Source: Tegillarca granosa
Lineage: Eukaryota
Assembly: GCA_029721355.1 (NCBI GenBank)
Contig: CM056607.1
Location: 8,403,309 to 8,467,308 of the forward strand
Direction: 5' to 3'
DNA length: 64,000 nt
In this document: in pieces, positions 59,564 through 64,000 of the stretch
How the letters are laid out: the number at the start of each line of letters is the position of its first letter
Numbering within the stretch: the first letter of the stretch is position 1
The notes under the pieces: generated by a model
The model's database searches: none
Told to the model about the DNA's origin: nothing
What the model saw: the letters and a program-made list of their open reading frames with translations, nothing else
Translations under genes and position numbers: made by a program

Positions 59564-61744
59564 TTATTCTTCTGTAACTATGTCATTGTCGTCACTGGCA
59601 TCTATTGGCTCCACTTCTTGTAAATCTCGTGCATCAGCAACAAAGTCACCCCACTGTTTTGTAGTATACTTTATTTTATCTGTATGTCTTGCCAATCCTA
59701 GGAACCATAGATCAGAAGCAATGTGGGAACATGTGCCTACTACCCTTGACCCAGCTCTACAATTGCAATACCATGACAGAACTGTAATTTCGTTGAATTG
59801 AATCCATGCGTTGTAACATTTTGATCCTACATGGCGACTTTGAAATTTCACACGGATAATGTCTGTCTGATCATCGTTTATATGAACTTCATATTCACCC
59901 GAGTCATTTAAATGTTCACTTGTATAAGAACTTGCCAATTTCAGTTGATAAACACCAAGTGTCATTGTGCGGAGTTCTTCTTCTGACAACACTGGGAAAT
60001 TAGGAACTACTTGTATATTGCTAGCTTCCACTTTTTTCCATTTGACACTCATTTTATCAAGACCTTCATTCTGGATTTTCTCCATCAAAGTATTACTCTC
60101 CTTTGACAAGTAAAGCATCCTAGCTGCAATTGTCTGGTCTTCTTGTGCATCTCCTGTGCTTAACGGTGGAAAGTACTTGTTTAACAGCGCGCATATGAAT
60201 CTTAGATCATTACCAATATTCGGTATTTGCGTATTTGGTAAAACACGATCAAAATAACGCCATTGCTTGATTTTACCGTTCACAGATTCAACCACCCATC
60301 TGACTTTAGTTACAAGTCTTGTTGCATTTGCTTCTGATGTTGAATGCTGCTTTTGACCTTTGGACAAGAAGTGTGGCATTTTAGCTTTAATTCCAATATT
60401 CTCCAGCATATCCAACGAATCCCTGAAACCCCGATCCACAACAAAGATATCATCTTCCTGTATCCACTTCTTTATTTCTTCGACGTTGTTCCATATCATA
60501 TGTTTCAAAATTGCAGAGTCGTTGTTTTTACAGTCACTATAGTATGGTCCGAGAATGCTGACTATATATCCTGTTGTCGATACAACTACCATTGCCTTCA
60601 GTAACGGCCTGTGCTTATGCATAGAGAATGATTTTCTCTGAAATTGGAATTGATTACTCTTTTGAATATATATATACGTTCCATCTAAAACTAAAATTGC
60701 AGGTGATTCTGCAACACTGCAAAATAATGTTTGCGCCAGTGTACGAGTATGCTTCTGAATAATATCTAATCTTTTAATATGATTAAACCCAACGTTATCA
60801 TTGACAAAAAATTCCTGGAGAGCTTTTCTTGCAGATGTAACAGCACGTTTGACAGCATCTTTACTGATATTAAAAAGTGTCGAAAGGACTTTGTTTGACA
60901 TTCCACCTTTCAATTTCGTTAAAAATATTCCTAGGCATGTTCGAATTGTTCTAACTTTGGTGTCTCTAATTGTTTTCAAATGGCTGCAAAGATCGTTGAA
61001 TTGTTCTGATGTAAGACCGGTTAGGTTTCTGTATTCATGTTTCTGTAGGCCTTGTGGGTTATCAAAATCTATTCTTGTCTGGGCGTTTCTGAGTGCGATG
61101 TCTCTGATAGACTTAATGAGATCAAGAATTCCTGTGCGATTAAAATTGGAATAATCTCTGGTGTCTGATATTTTGTCATACGATTCTGGTGTAAACGTAT
61201 CATCTTCAATATGACCGGGACAGCATCTAGAACCAGCAGGAATAACTATCATTTTCTCCAAAAATAAATTGTATCGGCAATTAATTGATACCACTATTAA
61301 CTTTGGACCTCTTCTTTTACAAACAAAACACTGTGAGTGGCCTCCTCCTACTGACTGAATTGGGAGAGCAATGGATGGTGGCGATCCCACTTCTGATTTT
61401 CTTTTCTTTGTAGTAGGTGGTAGGTACGTAGGATCACTGGAATCACCATTATCATCAGGCTTACTTCTTTCAATCTTGTTTTCTAAGAGACGTTTTCGAT
61501 CATCAGTATAATATAACTGTCTACATTTGTTGCATAGAACATGAGATTCATTCACACTAATGCAAAATGTCTTATATAAATACTTTCTGATATTTTCATT
61601 TTTAGCTCCATGTAATTTCCTTCTATCATTTGGCTTTGTTCTTTTAGAACATAATACACAGCAGTATGCCTTTACAGCTTCCATCTGATCTAAAGCAAAA
61701 AAAAAAAGAAAAAGAAACAGAATCACATTATTTACCTGTTTCAA
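59564..61744 (-). CDS. PIF/Harbinger-superfamily-like transposase (DDE_Tnp_4-type motifs). It has an N-terminal CxxC...CxxH zinc-finger-like segment and a C-terminal SWIM-like CxCx9CxH motif. The true start is probably Met at about 61684 (MEAVKAYCC...).
   Basis: Single intronless ORF. Harbinger core motifs are present: LVLDGTYIYIQKS (first D), FQRKSFSMHKHRPLL..VVVSTTGYIVSILGPYYSDCKNND (RKG.HS / PGS.HD analogue, second D), IFVVDRGFRD, and ANATRLVTKVRWVVESVNGKIKQWRYFDR (R..VE..FG.LK.RFR analogue, catalytic E). The C-terminus has SWYCNCRAGSRVVGTCSHIASDLW. The N-terminus has CFVCKRRG...(35 aa)...CCPGH. No TIRs were identified by eye. Confidence 0.55.
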   Translation of the reverse strand: MKQVNNVILFLFLFFFALDQMEAVKAYCCVLCSKRTKPNDRRKLHGAKNENIRKYLYKTFCISVNESHVLCNKCRQLYYTDDRKRLLENKIERSKPDDNGDSSDPTYLPPTTKKRKSEVGSPPSIALPIQSVGGGHSQCFVCKRRGPKLIVVSINCRYNLFLEKMIVIPAGSRCCPGHIEDDTFTPESYDKISDTRDYSNFNRTGILDLIKSIRDIALRNAQTRIDFDNPQGLQKHEYRNLTGLTSEQFNDLCSHLKTIRDTKVRTIRTCLGIFLTKLKGGMSNKVLSTLFNISKDAVKRAVTSARKALQEFFVNDNVGFNHIKRLDIIQKHTRTLAQTLFCSVAESPAILVLDGTYIYIQKSNQFQFQRKSFSMHKHRPLLKAMVVVSTTGYIVSILGPYYSDCKNNDSAILKHMIWNNVEEIKKWIQEDDIFVVDRGFRDSLDMLENIGIKAKMPHFLSKGQKQHSTSEANATRLVTKVRWVVESVNGKIKQWRYFDRVLPNTQIPNIGNDLRFICALLNKYFPPLSTGDAQEDQTIAARMLYLSKESNTLMEKIQNEGLDKMSVKWKKVEASNIQVVPNFPVLSEEELRTMTLGVYQLKLASSYTSEHLNDSGEYEVHINDDQTDIIRVKFQSRHVGSKCYNAWIQFNEITVLSWYCNCRAGSRVVGTCSHIASDLWFLGLARHTDKIKYTTKQWGDFVADARDLQEVEPIDASDDNDIVTEE

Positions 61745-62519
61745 ACTTCATTAGAGATTAAGCGGTCAAATAGGAGATGTCTGAAAGTCATAAGTTCTAC
61801 ATCAAATTCGTACAGTAAAAGGACATTTTGTCAATCACGAGACTAGTCAGCTCAATATACGTTTAATTTAGTAACCATTTTGTTAAAAATAAATGTTAAT
61901 CTGCGATCGTGAATCCAAATGCAATCACTTTAAAGTCATCATAATATTTGATTTTCCCTTTGCTTAAGTTAATACGACTGTATCATTGATAAGTAACACA
62001 CTTCCTTTGATTTGAGTGGATTCCGTGACTTAACATAACGCAGTGCGTGAACTTACAAAGCGAACTGGAATTTTTAAAAATAACGAAATTTCACTTATGT
62101 CAAATGTGTATGTTATTTAAACTTGCTAAACACACTACCATTCATTAAGTTAATAAACTTTAGTAGAAAACATGCAATAACATTGTCATGTGATAATTTT
62201 ATGAAATAAAGCGCTAGTTTTCATAAATTAGCACTACAACATAATCACATAATCGTGTTATATTGGACACTACAACTGTAATATTACGTTTATTTTACAT
62301 GGAGATTGATATTAATTGTAATTAAAATAAAAACTGCAAATAACCATTGATTCTAAAGTCTCATAAAACCCATAGACTTTAAACACTCAGATCTTACATG
62401 ATTCAGTTGGTTGATTGTTGTAATGTTGTGTAACGTCGCATGAGCAATTTTTCAGCTTTTCACAACGAGCAAGTTTTATTAATCTTAAGAACAAGTTTGC
62501 GTATGCGTGAGATGTGCGT

Positions 62520-62815
62520 GTGTATATTATGATCTGCCTTGTACTAGCGCGCACTCAGGGCGTCTTTTTGTTAAGGTTGTTAGCTCACCGAGTCAGTAAT
62601 GCCGGAGACAAGCATACCACTCCATCAAGAACATTATCCTGGTACCAGGTGAACCAGTCAATACCCTGTCCTCTAAATGCAGAGCGCCAGACCAAGAAGA
62701 AGTATCTCAAACTTTAAAGTCTTATGTATGACCCGGCCGGGAGTTCAAACCCACGACCTCCCGCTCTCGAGGCGAACGCTCTACCACTGAGCCACCAGGG
62801 CGGTCTAATTCTATT
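62520..62815 (-). mobile_element. tRNA-derived SINE copy (tRNA-like head at 62735-62810). It is not a functional tRNA.
   Basis: The reverse-complement head ccgccctggtggctcagtggtagagcgttcgcctcgagagcgggaggtcgtgggtttgaactcccggccgggtc has D-loop-like and T-loop-like motifs, but the acceptor stem does not pair. It is similar to the head of the 58438-58729 SINE. Confidence 0.45.
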
Positions 62816-63876
62816 GGAGTTACTGTTCTACAACCGTACACATTATTTGTAGATAAAATGTGATCAGCGGTGACAAAAAATGTTTATCTAGTTCTTTTGG
62901 GTTTTCGAATTATGAAAGGTACATCTGTCCTGTTTAATTATATGATATTTTTTTTTCATATCAATCACATTTCATTAGTATAACAGAACATCTGCATTTT
63001 AAAGACTCATGTCGCGGGTTAATGTACAATCCCGATCACGTCTGACCATACTTGAAATTGATGCATGTTCTAATGCAAAGTGTTCAGTATTTTTGAAAAC
63101 TTTGCCAAGACGTATCAGTATTTTTGAAAACTTGGCAAGGACGTAACCGCACTGTAGAAAAGAACTAACTAAGGTATTTGTTATATATTTACTAACGATA
63201 AAGCTCGAATAAATATAGATAAATTTTCCATCGAGATGTAGACCTTCAGGTTCTACATTTTAGAACATGTAATAAAAAAAAAGATCATGTAAACGCAAAT
63301 TAAAAACCGGTGGAATACGATAAATTAATCACAGAATTTTATTAAATTTGTCAATTGTGACGTTGTAATGGATAAATAATATCATTGCAAATTCATTTGG
63401 ATATTAATAACGGACAAGTAATGTAATTTATATCATGGTTTCCCATTGATTTATTGAGTCTCTGTCCATAAGTGCGCATATGCTCCAAGCTAATAATAAT
63501 CCTCGTTAAATATGAACACGTTAGAGGATTCCATTTATTTACAGCCAATAGGGCATGGAATTCTAGAAATCTCACGGATCGTAATTAGTAGTTATCTATT
63601 TTTTATTTACAAAAAAATATTTTTAGAAAATAGAAAAAAATTCAGAAAATTAAAAAATTTATTGCAGCTTTGTTGTTCTGGAAAAAATGCAACTGGTCAA
63701 GTGTTTGAAAGCTATCCATGTCTTTCCCAGTCAAAGACAAACAAGGAATTTCTAATGTAAAATGGAACATTTAAAAAAATTATCCAGTCGTGATATTAAT
63801 TGTTTTTTTTCTTCTATGCATCCATGTACTACTAAAACCAAAATAATTAAATTTAATAAAAATTAAAAAAAAAAAA

Positions 63877-63965
63877 AAAAAAAAAGCACCAGGTGGGATT
63901 CGAACCCAATCATACGACAAGGTAACCATTGCAGGCGCACTTGCGTGCGACCGCGGCTAACCAAG
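63877..63965 (-). ncRNA. tRNA-like 3' half (..TGGGTTCGAATCCCACCTGGTGC) followed by a long T run (Pol III terminator-like). Probably a SINE or tRNA-pseudogene fragment.
   Basis: The T-arm consensus GGTTCGAATCC is followed by (T)>20 on the minus strand. No canonical cloverleaf could be folded by eye. Confidence 0.25.
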
Positions 63966-64000
63966 ACTGCATATTTACTTATCCGAAACAGTGTATAATA

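Noticed and set aside
62735-62810. Possible tRNA gene (GGTGGCTCAGTGGTAGAGCG...GGTTTGAACTCC)
   Set aside because: Acceptor and anticodon stems do not pair. The same head occurs in the 58438-58729 SINE, so I call it a SINE head.

Overview
This window is eukaryotic (metazoan, probably invertebrate) nuclear DNA. It is AT-rich, carries GT-AG introns, microsatellites, satellites and several retroelements. There is no prokaryotic operon, CRISPR array or defence island here, and I claim none.

The main gene is a Piwi-subfamily Argonaute gene (PIWIL1-like) on the minus strand, running from about 21251 down to the window start. I resolved 15 coding exons whose phases all agree and whose products are strongly similar to vertebrate PIWIL1 across the N-terminal region, PAZ, MID and PIWI domains. 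Its introns are loaded with repeats:
- a 36-bp satellite
- a 145-bp satellite
- an inverted pair of tRNA-derived SINEs
- two TIR/foldback elements

The most interesting feature is a tandem pair of phase-identical 175-nt exons (4176-4350 and 2338-2512). Both encode the PIWI-domain segment that holds the first catalytic aspartate (GIDxYHD), so they are candidate mutually exclusive exons.

About 440 bp upstream of the Piwi ATG sits an apparently complete hAT DNA transposon (21689-27048). It has perfect 14-bp TIRs (CAGGGTTCACACTG) and a multi-exon ZMYM1-like transposase (TTF-type zinc finger, DESTD region, hAT C-terminal dimerisation domain).

Downstream of the hAT element there are five further elements:
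- A complete, apparently very young Ty3/gypsy LTR retrotransposon (29739-38639). It has two identical 1325-bp LTRs, a TTAT target-site duplication, a tRNA-Lys(CTT) primer-binding site, a polypurine tract and an intact 1567-aa Gag-Pol ORF.
- A degraded CR1/L2-like LINE fragment.
- A PIF/Harbinger-like transposase ORF (DDE_Tnp_4 motifs) fused to zinc fingers.
- Several more SINE copies and minisatellites (75 bp and ~66 bp).
- The three 3' exons of a TLC (TRAM/LAG1/CLN8) domain membrane-protein gene on the minus strand.

All calls rest on reading the sequence and six-frame translations by eye against remembered family signatures. I ran no database search.
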